From Podarcis tiliguerta (taxonomy: Eukaryota), in assembly GCA_965153285.1 (NCBI GenBank), contig OZ229119.1: a stretch of DNA of 64,000 bases. One strand, given 5' to 3'. The first letter of the stretch is position 1. Every line of letters begins with the position of its first letter. Below the pieces are notes generated by a model, which saw only the letters and a list, made by a program, of their open reading frames with translations, was not told where the DNA came from and ran no database searches. The position numbers and the translations under genes were made by a program. Below are positions 36,637 through 51,430 of the stretch, piece by piece.

Positions 36637-36887
36637 CAGGACACAGCAAACTTTTTCAGCAGGGGCCCGGTCCACTGTCCCTCAGACCTTGTGGGGAGCC
36701 GGACTATATTTTGAAGGGAAAAAATGAACAAATTCCTATGCCCCACAAATAACCCAGAGATGCATTTTAAATAAAAGGACACATTCTACTCATGTAAAAA
36801 CACGCTGATTCCTGGACGATCCGCGGGCCAGATTTAGAAGGCGATTGGGCCGGATCCGGCCCCAGGGCATTAGTTTGCCTACCCATG
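36637..36887 (+). mobile_element. OC1-like hAT MITE
   Basis: Collinear with the 17806 copy but lacks the duplication and nested insert. Ends TTTGCCTACCCATG. Confidence 0.88.
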
Positions 36888-37358
36888 CTCTAGACGAATG
36901 TCCACATTCAGAGGTTGGCAGGGGTTGAAATGGGCATTTAGGAAATGTGGACAGGTTGAATAACACTATAAACGAGTGCGGAAAAGTTCAGGCTCCTTCA
37001 AATGATAAAAAATTGACTTATCTGTACAAAATCAAGAGCAAACGAACGACTGGCAAAGGAGAAAGAGGAAAGGTATAAAGAATAAGTTGTTGTTGTTAGG
37101 CAAAGCCCCCATGTGCCCTAGGAGTTGGCTCCTATGAGCGGGGTGGGGGATGTAAAAACTGGATAATTTGTCTTCCTTGCATCATGTTACGAGCAGGAAG
37201 TGGATCTTCATGTCACTTGGACCGCATGGGTGGTTTATAATGCACAGTTGTGAGAACCTGCCTCCCCTTTACGCTTAGGCGTCGCTGCTGGTGCATTTGC
37301 TTGCTGCCTAGAGCCGCCCATGGCAGCAGAAGCGCTAGCAACATTCCAAAGGCCTCAG

Positions 37359-37991
<633 letters not shown>

Positions 37992-39268
37992 TAGGCCTCT
38001 GGCCCCGTCAGGCGAGGAGCAAGGCAGGAGGGCGGCTGTGGGGGACTGGGGTCCCGGGCCTGTGAGGGGAGAGGGCGGCCGCCTTGGGGCCTCCTTTCAT
38101 TCAAGAAACGGTTGTTGTTCCATCTTCATCGTTGTGCCAAAATGGGATCCGATGACTTCTTTCTTTCTTTCTCTCTCTCTCTCTCTTTCTCCCCCCCCCC
38201 ACGCCCCCCAAAATATCAAGAGCCAGAAAAGTGGCCACAGGAACGATGTTAAGCGGTTGCCCGCAAAGCTTTAAGAGGGCGTGACATAAACCCCCAAAAC
38301 ATACACAGTATCCTGTGTAATTCAGAGTATTATTGGCCATGAATCCGGAGTTTCAAGCCTCTTTATTTCAGCTACCTGCTGGGAAGCACCGTGGCAGAGA
38401 TGGGTTGGGAGGCCACGAAGCGATGTGTTTCCACAGCCCGTTTTGAATGCTGCCATTTTGTTCCAGAATGTTATGAAGCTGTACAGCATAATGGGTGTTG
38501 CTTTTACTTGGGGGTATTTCAGCCTTGCTGCTCCAGATTATTTTCCTGATTTCGCCTGGCAAGTCCAGGAAGCTAAAGATGTGAAAGAGTTGCGCAAGAG
38601 AGATGGGGAAAATGCTACCATATTCTTTTCCTGGCTTTGTGGGCAGTGAAAAGGATGAGGGCCTTTTCTGGACTCTCAGGGCTGTTTTCCACATTTCTGT
38701 TGCTTAAAAACAGGTGTACACACCCATATTTTAAGGCCTATGAGGTATGAAGTTACTTGGATGCAATTGGAGAGGGACAAATCTGGAAAGCTGACTACTG
38801 GGAATTCTGAAGCTATCCATTTCGGTATTCCGCTTGTTAAACGGACTCTTGCATACATCTGTATTTCTTAGGCATCTCACCTTGCAAGGCTTCTCTATCT
38901 CCAGCCTTCATCCTGTTGATACATTGCATCATTTAGAAAGACATTCAGTCTGGAATGTATGTTGAGATTGGCAAATATGGCAACAGCTAGTTTAACTTTT
39001 CGTGGACTTGCATGAAATCATGTCAATGGAGTAATTAATCCTAGTAACCAGTCCCTCACCCCTCTTCTTGGCAATATGAAAATTCCAGGCAAGAAACAAA
39101 TTCAGACCTCTCCTTCCAGCTCTTGTCATCACTTTGCATGTCACATATCCAATATCTAATATATAAGTTTACTGAGAGAGAATTGAGGCCTAGTGTAAGC
39201 TGTTTGCTGAAGTGCACAGAGTGCAATAGAAGTGACATACTCAGGCCCTAGATACTTAAGGTCTTGGG

Positions 39269-39606
39269 CAGGGGTCGCCAAGGTTTACTGGCCATGGGCC
39301 AGATCACTCCCACGAAGATCGTCCATGGGCCGGACTGGCGCAGCACGATGCCGAAAATCGCATCTGCACATGTCCACTGCGCAGAAGCGATTTTTGGCAT
39401 CTGGACATGCGCAGATGCAATTTACGGTATCTGCATGTGCACAGACACGATTTCTGGCGCCGCTCGGCGAGTTGATGCGCTGGTTTAGCACAGTGCGGGG
39501 GGGGGACTCACTGAGTGAGGAGCTTGGTTCAGGGGCGGCTCAGGGGCCAGTAAAATGGTCTTCATGGGCTGCATGTGGCCCATGGGCCACACGTTGCCGA
39601 CCCCTG
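39269..39606. mobile_element. hAT-Charlie-type MITE in BMT2 intron 1
   Basis: TIR CAGGGGTCGCCAA / TTGCCGACCCCTG, perfect 8-bp TSD GTCTTGGG, internal ~30-bp tandem units. Confidence 0.92.
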
Positions 39607-39963
39607 GTCTTGGGCTCTTGTCCAAGGGCAACTGAATAAATCTTATCAAGGGGTCAGCTAAAACAATCTTTCATGTTATCAAATAGGTTTAACAAACTTG
39701 CAAAACATGCTATCTGATAAGGGTAGTGGATAACATGCAAGATTGTTTTAGCTCATCCTCTTGATGAGATTTATTCAGCTGCCCTTTGAAAGTCTTTGCA
39801 ACTCAAAACTTTGTGTTGTTTCTAGCATACCTTGAGTTATCTTCTTTCATTGCCTTGTATTCTAATTTGTCTGGCATGTTTTGGGTGACCAGGGATAATA
39901 TGTGTGGGGGTTTTTTTGTTTTTTGTTTGCATTTTGGTGGAATCTGTAACATACTCTGTAAAC

Positions 39964-40178
39964 CATGGGTAGGCAGATCCCGCCCAATCGCCTTTTAAAT
40001 CTGGCCCGCAGACAGTCTGGGAATCATCATGCTTTTACATGAGTAGAATGTGTCCTTTTATTTAAAATGCGTCTCTGGATTATTTGTGGGGCATAGGAAT
40101 TCGTTCATCCCCCCAAAAAATATATAGTCTGCCCCCCCCCCCACAAGGTCTGAGGGACAGTGGACCGGCCCACTGCTG
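39964..40178 (-). mobile_element. OC1-like hAT MITE (reverse orientation)
   Basis: Reverse complement of the 36637 copy, with deletions. Confidence 0.85.
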
Positions 40179-40234
40179 TAAGCAAACAGGAGCCCTTAAT
40201 ATATTTAGTGTGATTAATATGTCTTAAGCACAAG

Positions 40235-40307
40235 TGCAGTGGAAGACAGAAGTGCCTGGCGTGCTCTGGTCCATGGGGTCACGAAGAGTCGGACACGACT
40301 AAACAAC
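40235..40307 (+). mobile_element. Bov-B extreme 3' fragment (73 bp)
   Basis: Identical to 29352-29416. 9-bp TSD AAGCACAAG at 40226-34 and 40308-16. Confidence 0.92.
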
Positions 40308-43300
40308 AAGCACAAGATTTATATACCACCCTAAATCAAAAGATTTCGGAAGGGTTGACAAGATCCCATAGTGTGTGGGATCTAAAATAATAAAGAAATG
40401 GCATCCTGGTGCATTTCATTGCCTCTTTGGTAGATCCAGTCCTGGAATTTTACTGCTGACCCTTAAATAAAAGTCTTGTTTGAATGTGGTACAGATATCC
40501 CAAGTCCTCTTTGCATGTAAATTTCATACTGAGTAGCTAGTTTGACTAAAATGTTCATAACCATTTTCTGTGATGCAGATACTCTGGCAATTAAGCTTTT
40601 TGTGTGTCCTCATTTACAAGTGAAGGAAGCAAATGTATGTGTCACTGCACTTTCTTGTAACCATTCACTGTGACCCTTGCCCCTCTGGGTTGTATCTTCC
40701 TACTGCCCATCTAAAAATTTAGGCAGGGGCCTATCTCATTTGCCATGTATAACACGATGGTACCATGTATATTGATGCTACACAACAATAATTTTACTTA
40801 TATATTATCATCAGCTATTTAAATAAGGTATGAGCCATTTCCTTGATGGCAATTACTTCCTCCCAGAGGTTGCAAGATTATCCTGTGGACTTGGCTTGAT
40901 TACCTTAATAACTGCTGTGGGTGAAGGAAATGCCATTCCTGATATGGTAGTTTCTACATATGTTGTGGCATGTTCTTGTCATCCTTGCTTCTAGATTGTC
41001 TATGACCTCTTCTAGCTGAAATCTTGGCACACAAGGAGCAAAGTGGGTGTACGGTAGCATTTCCAGTTAAACCGTTTCACTTATTTTGAATGAAATAAAT
41101 GTAATCTTGTGGTATTTCAGGGTTTTCTTGCAGAAGATCAAAGAAAGCAAGTACTTGAAATCAGTCCATCGCTGCTAGTATATCTCTTAAGTATATCCAC
41201 TCTTCTTTAGGATCAGCAGTTGCTAATGGGCTCCCATATGCTTCATCATAGAAAACTAGTGGGAAGAACCTATATCTAAGAGATTCCATTGTTACATATG
41301 CTGACTGGGCTCAACTCTGCTTTCCTGAGGCAGAACTAAAAAATGGAAATTTTCAGCCCATAGTTGCTGAAGGTAGGACCTTCTTGTAATGGAAAAATTT
41401 AAGGAGTAAAACTACAGATCTGCCTTTAATTTACTAGTTTGCGTAATAGGTGCAAAAAAGCAATAGACAAAGTACATTTACTGTTACCTCCTTGGAGTAA
41501 AAATGCACGCATCAGAAGAAAACAAGCACTTTATATACACATCAGTTGTCTCCCATTTGTTAAGCAAATGGGATGAGTATATATTTTTCACAGAGGCTTA
41601 AGTTTCAATTTTCCATAGTGTCAGCTGTGTCTTGAAGTTAATAAGCTGATGTAGGTTTTCCAAAGAATGTACTGTGCAGAAGCCATTTTAATGCATGTGC
41701 TCCTTCTGTCACTTTGAAAGACGGTAGTGAAAAGAAATGTTGGTGATCCAACTTTGAACCCTAATCCTTAGTATATGTGGCATGCTTTCTGGAATTATCG
41801 CAATTACATTAGTGTTGTGGCAGTGTTACATGTTGTGGTATTTTCCAGGCATACTGTTGGAAAGTTTCCCCCACCCTCATAAAAGCATTACCACTGTTGA
41901 ATCTTGAATGAACAAACTTTGATTCTTGTAGAAGGCTTTCTTTTCTTGAAATGTGCAGTGCTTGCAGCCCTGATTTGTGGATAAGATATAGTTTTCAAAC
42001 ACAGGCATGAATGAGAGCCAATATAGTTGTGCTGGGGTATGCACATTTTAGCATGATTTCGTCACCAACTAGTTTCACTTGCCATGCCAGCACTATTCCT
42101 CCCCAAGTGCTCTGTTATGAGGACTTAGGGGATGAGAAGGATCTTTGTATCTTAGTTTAGCCATTGGAACTTATAAATATTCTCACAGCTTTGTCCTTTC
42201 TCCAAACGTTGAGAGGTGAAGGGCACCTCCCAAGATTTCTGCATCAGAATTTAAGGAACTAGGATCTCAGTATTAACTTGTAAGGGGAGATGTGATTACT
42301 AGATGAGGGGGTGGTTGCCCTCTGTAGTCACTCCTAATGATTGGCTTTATGGACCTTTTAGGTTGACAACTTACTTAAAATGCAAGTTACAAGTTCAACA
42401 CTTAACAAAACTGAGTTCTGCACGAGTCTTTCTCCATAGTTATTTTATTTTATCAGTTATTTTATCAGTTCACATCTACATTGAATTGGATGTGCTTCAG
42501 CTGTGTAGTAAGGTTGTTATGGACTGTTAATATGTGACCCACGCCTAAAACATATTCAACCAAATATTGAAGTAAAAATAGTTGAACAGTTTTTCCAGTA
42601 GTCAAAATTAGTTGAACTGAAGTATTTGGTTTGGAGGTTAAGTATGTAATAAGGTGCACAGTTTAATTGGAATGTGAGATGCAAAGCTTTTTAGTTGGAA
42701 TCTTTTAAGTATCTTTAGATGTGACAATTCAGTGGCATACGGTTTCCTTAAGTTATTTATATTGTAAGGGGAAAAACTGAATGTACTGTATGCAGGTGGG
42801 GGGAGGGAAAGGAGTATGAGTGTCCAGTCACTGCTTTTGAACTGTGCCACTGTTCTCTACCAATATACAGATGTGATTCAAGCAATATACATCTGTATAT
42901 TGGTAGAGAACACCTTGCTGTATTTTTATGAAATGCAATCTATACATATTCCAGTAAACAAAAATACATGAATATGGTTCCAAGCTAACTAATGTATTTG
43001 CCTGATACCCATTGAACACATGTTTGGGACACCAGATTTGAGCCTAACCTGGTCCCTGGGCTTGCTATGAGGCTTTGCTGTGGTGTGGGGGACAGGACTT
43101 GATTGGACAATCTTTCACTTATTCACACAGTATCAGATGCGTCTCCACAGAATACCCCAACACTCAAGGGTGTCTGCATGCACAGAAGTCTTTGACCCTT
43201 TGCATCCTTTCATTATGTTGAAGCTTTTTCCTGACATATTCATTATACTAATGAAAATATGAATAACTTTATAATTCAAAGCAATCTAAGCTACCTGTCA

Positions 43301-43519
43301 ACTCAGCTCTCCTTTAACCATTATGTTATCCTGATACCCAGTATGTGTACAGTACATGATTTATTAACTATATTAAGGTGGGGGCACAGATATAAAGCAC
43401 AAAGCGCTGCACAGATTATGAGAGATTTAATCTTACATCACAGAGGTTGGGATAGTGTGGCCTTGCAGTTCGTTACAGCTACTGAGGCATTTGTGTATAA
43501 CTAGATACATGTGTATTAT

Positions 43520-43660
43520 TTATTTCTATTATTTACTAAATTTGTATAGCACCCCTTCATAGATCTCAGGGTGATCCACAACATAAAAATACGAGATAAA
43601 AACACACAAAATACATAATAAAAACAAGAATGAAAACAAACCAATAGCCAACCCACCCCA
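43520..43660 (-). mobile_element. L2-type 3' tail remnant
   Basis: tttatttactaaatttgtatagcacccc...ctcagggtgatccacaac followed by an A-rich tract. Confidence 0.45.
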
Positions 43661-44107
43661 GTTCACAGTAATACCATGATGAGATTGCAACTGCATGCCA
43701 ATCCCAGGTTGTTTACATGAAGGAAGGTATAATTTGAAGCATCCAAGTGGTGAATAACAGCTGTTTAAAATAATTATTAGGAAGTTGTATGCAACGTTGC
43801 TTGCTAGTCTTTTCTTAAGTGTTTCGTAAAATATTTTGGAATTCAAATTTTGCTTTTGAAAGAGCATAGTGAACGAGAGGGTAAAATCTATTAGTACCCA
43901 TTTTATTTTTATTTATGGCATGCTGCTAATTTTCAGTTATCTACAAAAGCTTTTGGGGTGTGTACAAGGAAGTGCAAGAATCAAGCATGTCAATGCCTTT
44001 CATTCCAAGTTCTAAGAACAACAACCACCTGGTAGTAGCTTTTTGAGCATTCAGTCTAATTACCTTTTGACCACTTGGCTTACAGAGGATAACATTTTAC
44101 TTGAGTA

Positions 44108-44325
44108 CAGTGGTACCTCTGGTTAAGTACTTAATTCGTTCCGGGGGTCCATTCTTAACCTGAAACTGTTCTTAACCTGAAGCACCACTTTTGCTAATGG
44201 GCCCTCCCGCTGCCGCCGTAGCACGATTTCTATTCTCATCCTGAAGCAAAGTTCTTAACTCAAGGTACTATTTCTGGGTTAGCGGAGTGTGTAACCTGAA
44301 GCGTATGTAACCTGAGGTACCACTG
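44108..44325. mobile_element. Tc1/mariner MITE
   Basis: TA|CAGTGGTACCTC...GAGGTACCACTG|TA. Confidence 0.92.
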
Positions 44326-45406
44326 TATTTTGGCATTGTCTGGGTCAACTTTTCAAGTAACCTACCTTGGTGTCCCTGAAGGGTGAACAAAATGATGCTG
44401 TACCTACTGTGAGGAACAGGTTAAGGGAGTACAAGCAAAAAAAAAATGGGTAATAGCTGAGAGTTGGGAATATATTTAAAATGGGTGCTTTAATACAAGC
44501 TGAAAGTCTCCTAGAATCTACTTTTTTTTGTAACATAAAAATAGACTTTCCCTGCCAATATACTACAGAGTGGTAGCTTTCCATTTGGTGCAACACTGAA
44601 TTGGTTACTAGTTGTGAACTGAACAGAGAACATCAGTCAGTTATTTAGAAGAGATTATACAGCTTTCCAGTGTCGGTTACATCAGCATAGTTTAGAAGGT
44701 TCAGGAAATGGTGGTTAGAGTAAATTCAATCTTGGATGGTAAACAGTTTGTCTTATTAGTAATCTGATATTGTAGTTTGTCTGCTGAGCCAGAAAAACAA
44801 GCAAAATTTTCCATTAGGGTAGTGAAGGCCCTTCATGGGACCTGGAAGAGAGGGGAGGGAAAGGAGGAATGACTTTTCTCCCTAGATCTCTTCGCTGCAG
44901 CACAATCAATGTTTGTGTGGCTTCTCCAATATGAGCTTGAAAGGGAAGTAGGATAGCAAAGGATAGGTTACTGTGCAGCGTAAACAAGGGAGAAAACCTG
45001 AAGTGTTGTAATCTAGTCATATGAGTAACTTCCTTAACAAAGTCAAACTAAATATGCCAGGTATATATTTTCAACAAAACCGCTTCAAAAACTTTGTAGG
45101 CAAGGCTCTTGAGCTACTTTTGAAATTGGTGTGGTAATTGTAATCCAATTTTCTGTTCTGAATAATGAGTAATCCTTTCTGTGGGTACATGGGAGATGGG
45201 GCAAAATAATATCTCTTTTGCTCCATAGGGCTGTTCCCTTTCTAATTGAACAAACTTTACGCAATCCTCAAATGGGTTTGAGGGAAATATTTCATACCTT
45301 TTTTTTCTATATGACTGAAGATCCAAACTGTATTTTTATACCCAAACAGAAAACGAAGCTGCTAGTTGGTTTCTGCTATTTCTGTTTATTAAGTTTGCAC
45401 AATTAG

Positions 45407-45655
<249 letters not shown>

Positions 45656-46530
45656 TAAGTGGTCTAATGCAAACTATTGAGAAAGTGGTTTTTGGTCATA
45701 AGCTTGCAGGATTTCTACAGGAGAACAGATTACAAAAATACATTTCCACAGAATATATGTTTCCGTATATAATTGCTTTCAGGGTTCTGTTTTTGTTTTC
45801 TTTATATTTGTAACAGTCTTTGTATTTAACAGATAGTGGATGGAAAACATGTTTCTATCAAATGTATACAAATGGAGACCTTCTTTCCCAAACCCAAGGT
45901 TTCATGATGTTTTCTGCTGCCAAGCTTTGTTTTCAAACCACATGCCTGGTACTAAATTGATGGATTAAGACTGCATCACTAGACAGGTGGAGATTAAAAG
46001 GGATTTTAGTTGTTTGTTCCAGTTTCTAGAATAGATCTACCCAGTAATACTGGAATGTGAAGACCCACCTGTAGTGTAGCAATGGCAGTTCCTACCCATG
46101 CAGTCAAATGAAAGCACTTAGTTTTCAGATTAACAGTTTTAGTTGCTTCTTCTGTTTGAAATGGGGTGCGGGATACAGCTGAAGGGAAGCCCTGTAGATA
46201 TATAAACACCAGCTTGGTGTGGAAAACACTTCTAATAAGACAAAAGATTCAGAAGAAGAAAGAAGGAAAGAAGCTTTAATTGCTTGTGATCCTGAATAAA
46301 CTGCATGGTCTTGAACAGATAGTTCGGGATACTATATTACATTACTTTAATTAACATTTGGTGCAAACCCATTTGTTTAATTTTATGTGTACAGTCACTT
46401 CAAATCATTCTACCTAGATAAGGAATAATTATATTCTGTTCTTTGAAATATATAGATAAGAAAGTGCCTTTAGAAAACGATAGTGAAAAGTATTTTGAGT
46501 TTCCTTTCCCCCTCTTTTTTTCTCCCCAAG

Positions 46531-46695
46531 TGTGTCACGGGAATATTTTCAAAATGGTGGAAAACGAAAAGCACTGGAAAAAGATGAGAAAAGAGCAGTT
46601 CTTGCTACTCAAAGTATTCAAACCATGAGTATTCACCCAGCTTCCAAAATAGAGGATTCTTCTGAAAATTCAAATCATAGTTCTATAATGGATGA
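46531..46695 (+). CDS. BMT2: BMT2/SAMTOR coding exon 3
   Basis: Acceptor ...tctccccaag. Encodes (S)[30 protein letters not shown]...SSIMD(E). Donor GA|GTAAGT. 165 nt, phases consistent with the neighbouring exons. Confidence 0.94.
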
Positions 46696-47447
46696 GTAAG
46701 TGTTATCAGAGGGCAGATGTGGTGGTAGTGGTGGAAGTTCATTTGTGTGTGTTTTGTGAATTTAGCATGCTAGACTAAGTAGGCATTTTAAAGTCCTATT
46801 TATTTTACCGAAGGGGGTTATGTATGTGATCTAATGTTTCTGTTAAGATCAGTGGGATTTTAAAAAGCTTACATTTGGCCTAACCATGCCAAACAAGAAC
46901 TGTATTGCCAAACAACACCAGAGGAAACCTCAAGTGTATTATCTAAACAATAGAAACTTAATTTTTTTACCAAAAAAAACTGTAAGAGTTGTGCAATTAC
47001 TAAACTTATTGTGTGTTATAAGCGAAGTTCAGCAAAAGCAGGAAACCTCTATTTTCCCAAGAGACAACAGGACCTATTTATCTTTCACTGAATAAATTTA
47101 TTATTATGTTACTTTTTGGACCCATATGAAGTCTCCTTCCCTCCCCCCAAAAGAAAAAAACCCTTCAGAAATGGGTTCAGAACAAGAACCTCCTTTCCTC
47201 TCAATAGCTGAAGCACACTGAAGTACAGTTTGGAGGGGACTAGGAAGAGGGCTAGGAATTGCATATGTGGAGGGTTGTGGGCTTATGGAGATAGACGAGG
47301 TTTCATGGGAAATGCCTTGACTTATTTCCAACCGAGTATGACCAGGACATGTCACCATTCACCAGTTATATAACTGCAGCTGTATGTTTCCTGTTCTAAA
47401 AGATTGCAATGCGAATTCTAAAAGATTCACAGATTTTATTTCTTTAA

Positions 47448-47600
<153 letters not shown>

Positions 47601-48479
47601 TGAAACATTTGTCAGTACAGATAACCAAGAGTAGATTATTAAATCCTTAACATGCAAAAAATTGTTCAGTTGGTTACTAGCAGAATGCACTTGGCTTGTA
47701 TCCAGCTAAGCCACACTCAAAGCAGACCCATTGACTAAAGTCCATTGATTTCAGTGGCTCTAATCGTGACTTTCGTCAGATACAGTCATATATGTTTGAG
47801 TTTGTTTAAGCATTCTATCCACAGATCAATGTGTCATAAAAAGTAAAACTTTTAATGGAACAGTGCACTCCATTAAAGGTAGCAGTTTGGCCGTTGGATT
47901 TTTCACTAAGAACATGATCTACCCAAAGTTGAGCACTGCTGAACCCCTAGATTACATGCTGTAAAATTCAGGTAAAAATCAGTGGAGGGAATGTCAGAAC
48001 ATATTTTACTTCCTGAATTTTTAAAACCAATGTTTTGTATGAAAGACAGCTGCCAGGGTGTTCTTTATTTTTATGTGTATTTATTCATGCATTTAATAAT
48101 CACTATGAATTTTGTAATATTCCTTTAAATTCCATAGTTCAGTGTTACATCAAAAGTATAATTCAATTCCTTTGTGCTTCAAAATCAGGACTGCACTGGT
48201 TAGACTACTTAATTTTTTTGGGGGGTGCCTCTGATCATCCAACAGATTTCTTGTTAAAAATAATTAGTAATATTTAGTATTGGTGCAAATGTCTAGAAAA
48301 ACAGCAGATGGCCAGCACCATCTTATGTCATTTCCACTTTCTCTCTTCCATAGAAGGGAATGTCTCTTATAAAATGATACCCTCTATGAAACATGTACAC
48401 TGTCTAAGAACAAATTATGCCGTTTGCTTATTTATTTATTAAAAATGCTTTACACATATGCCTGTTTAATTTATCAGTT

Positions 48480-49110
48480 AATTGACTTCTGTAACGCCCT
48501 ATACAGGGGGTTGCCCTTGCACGATACAGATATTGTGATTAGGGCAGAATACTACTGCTAGAGTGCTGTCACTTTCGGCATGTGGTCTCATGAGACTTCT
48601 GTCTTGGAGGATGGGCAGTGGCTGCCTATATGTTACTGGGCCCAATTTAAGGTGCTCTTGTTGACACAGAAAGCCATGAACAACCTGGAAGCAAGGTATC
48701 TGAGAGAACACTTCTGCTGATACCAACCTACCTCAGCCTTGATATCAGTGGAGGAGGTTCTGCTTGTTGTGTCTGCCCTCTGGTGAGTGTTGCTTAACTG
48801 CTGGGTATGTGAGGTAGAGCCTTGGTAATGATAAAACTATCTTTCTCTAGTAGGGCAGACAGTTACACCTTTGAAACTTCATCACCAGCTACAATACCTT
48901 TTTATTCACCCGAGATGATGGTGGAGGTGGCTAACAGCTGTGATCTGCGGGGTTGTTGTTTTTTTATATGTCCAACTCAGTGGGCTTTCTGATGTTTGGC
49001 TGCTACAGAATTGTTTATTATATCTATTTCAATTTCTTACATTCTGTTTTTGTTTTGGAAAATGCTTTGTGATTCTTGATGGAAAATGCTCCAGAAATGT
49101 TTATAATAAA
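48480..49110 (+). mobile_element. Degenerate L2 LINE ORF2 3' region in BMT2 intron 4
   Basis: Frameshifted peptides DFCNALYRGLPL, QNTTARVL and WLPICYWAQFKVLLLTQKAMNNL...YLREH, typical of the L2 ORF2 C-terminus. Confidence 0.75.
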
Positions 49111-49204
49111 ATACTTAAGCTCAAAAGATTTATCTGTTCATGGTGTAGCCATGCTTCAAATGCGTAGTTTTAATGTACCTGGCTTGCACCATCCAAGTAT
49201 ATAG

Positions 49205-49858
<654 letters not shown>

Positions 49859-51430
49859 TGTAACAATTAAAATATGCTATGAAGTTCAAACTCCCTTTAC
49901 TGTAAAACTAATTTTGCTATACTGACATCTGCTCTGTACATGAAAGCATTTACAAAAAGGAAATTCGAAAGGTTTTTGGGAGCCATCACTTTTTTCTACT
50001 TACGAATTTTAAAATTTATTCTTGTATTGAAAGTGCATGTTTTATGCAGAATGGCTCATGTCCATAGCATAAACAGGGTTTACTCTAATATTTGTATCGG
50101 TAAAATACTCCAGAAAGGTACAATTTCCCCTCCGCCCTCCAGTGCTGTGAACTGTGATTTTGCAAATATGCTAATGTTTCTTGGTGTGTTATTTTTAAAT
50201 CTCAAGATATGATTTTTGAGGTTCATGCTAGCATTTCTTAGAGGTTTGGCGCATAACGTTTATAGTATGCACTGTTAGTGTTTGACTTGAACAAAAAATG
50301 GACCTAGAACAAAGTTTGGGTTGAGTCAATCTTGATAGGGTAAAATGAAAATCTCTGCAGATTGGTTTTACTTGTCTTTAATACTGCAATTAGAACATTT
50401 CAGGAAGAGATTAGATTCTCTTGCCCCTGATGCTGTTGGAATGATATATAACACACACATATATAATGGTAGATTTAAAATATGGGATTTTGTTTTTGTT
50501 AACTTCCAGGGTACAATATCCTTGCCATTTTTTAATTACACTAACATCATTGCCCACACTACAGTTTTTCATTGTATTTTGTGTTACAAAGTATTTTGCA
50601 TTGAAGTAGTTCAGTACAAAGCTGCATAACAGTCCCTTCCAGAGGTCTCTGATGCATGAAATCAGCAAAGTATTGAATTGAGCCTCATTATAATCCTACG
50701 TATTTTTATTAATGTAATTTGTAAGTTTTTCCCGCAGCTATGAATGAAAACAAATAAAGGCACTCTAGTGTTTTGGAGGGCTAGATGAATAATCTGCATA
50801 ATAAATCTTTTTTAAAAAATTCTGAAGTTCACAAGCTAAGAAACTGGTTTCTTTGGTGGCAGATAGAAAAATGAAGTATAACTTGTTTTCACAAATCTAA
50901 TCCTGGGTGGAACTGTTTCCTTTTAAACAAAATCTGTTTTATTAACTGCACCAACATTTTTTGAACTGCACCAGAATTTTTGGACTCCTATATCTAGCTT
51001 CCATATCAGATTAAAGGCATTTGTATTCACATGTCTGAATGTGGGTTCAAGCTGATACAAGTTGAAATATATAAACCAACAGCCAAAAGACCCAATAGTT
51101 TCTGTAGTTTCATAAAATGGAAATCAATAAAATATATTTAAAAATAAATAGAATGGCAGTTTTAATAAATGTTGGCCTGGTGTTAAGCAGTCAGCTGCCA
51201 TTTCAGGAGTGCCACTACACAGCTTGAAAGGGATTTCTGTGTGTTTAAAAATGTGTACAAGTTTTACACTCCCACCAAAATGTCACACTGTTTCACAAAA
51301 CTGACATCTCAACTTGCTTTTTGCATACTGTTAAGTAGTTTTTATACACAACTTTCATACAGTGTGGTGTTGCTTTGTAAACATGTTTTTTTTTTTGTAC
51401 CTCTTGCATGTAACATTAAAAAAAAAACCT
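49859..51430 (+). other. BMT2: BMT2 3' UTR (approximate) with candidate poly(A) signals
   Basis: Repeat-free AT-rich sequence after the stop. AATAAA at 50753, clustered AATAAA at about 51126-51170, ATTAAA at about 51415. The true 3' end cannot be determined from sequence. Confidence 0.55.

Noticed and set aside
1-37200. GPR85 or another expected syntenic gene
   Set aside because: No ~370-aa 7-TM ORF or other recognisable coding exon in either strand's ORF track. It presumably lies outside the window.
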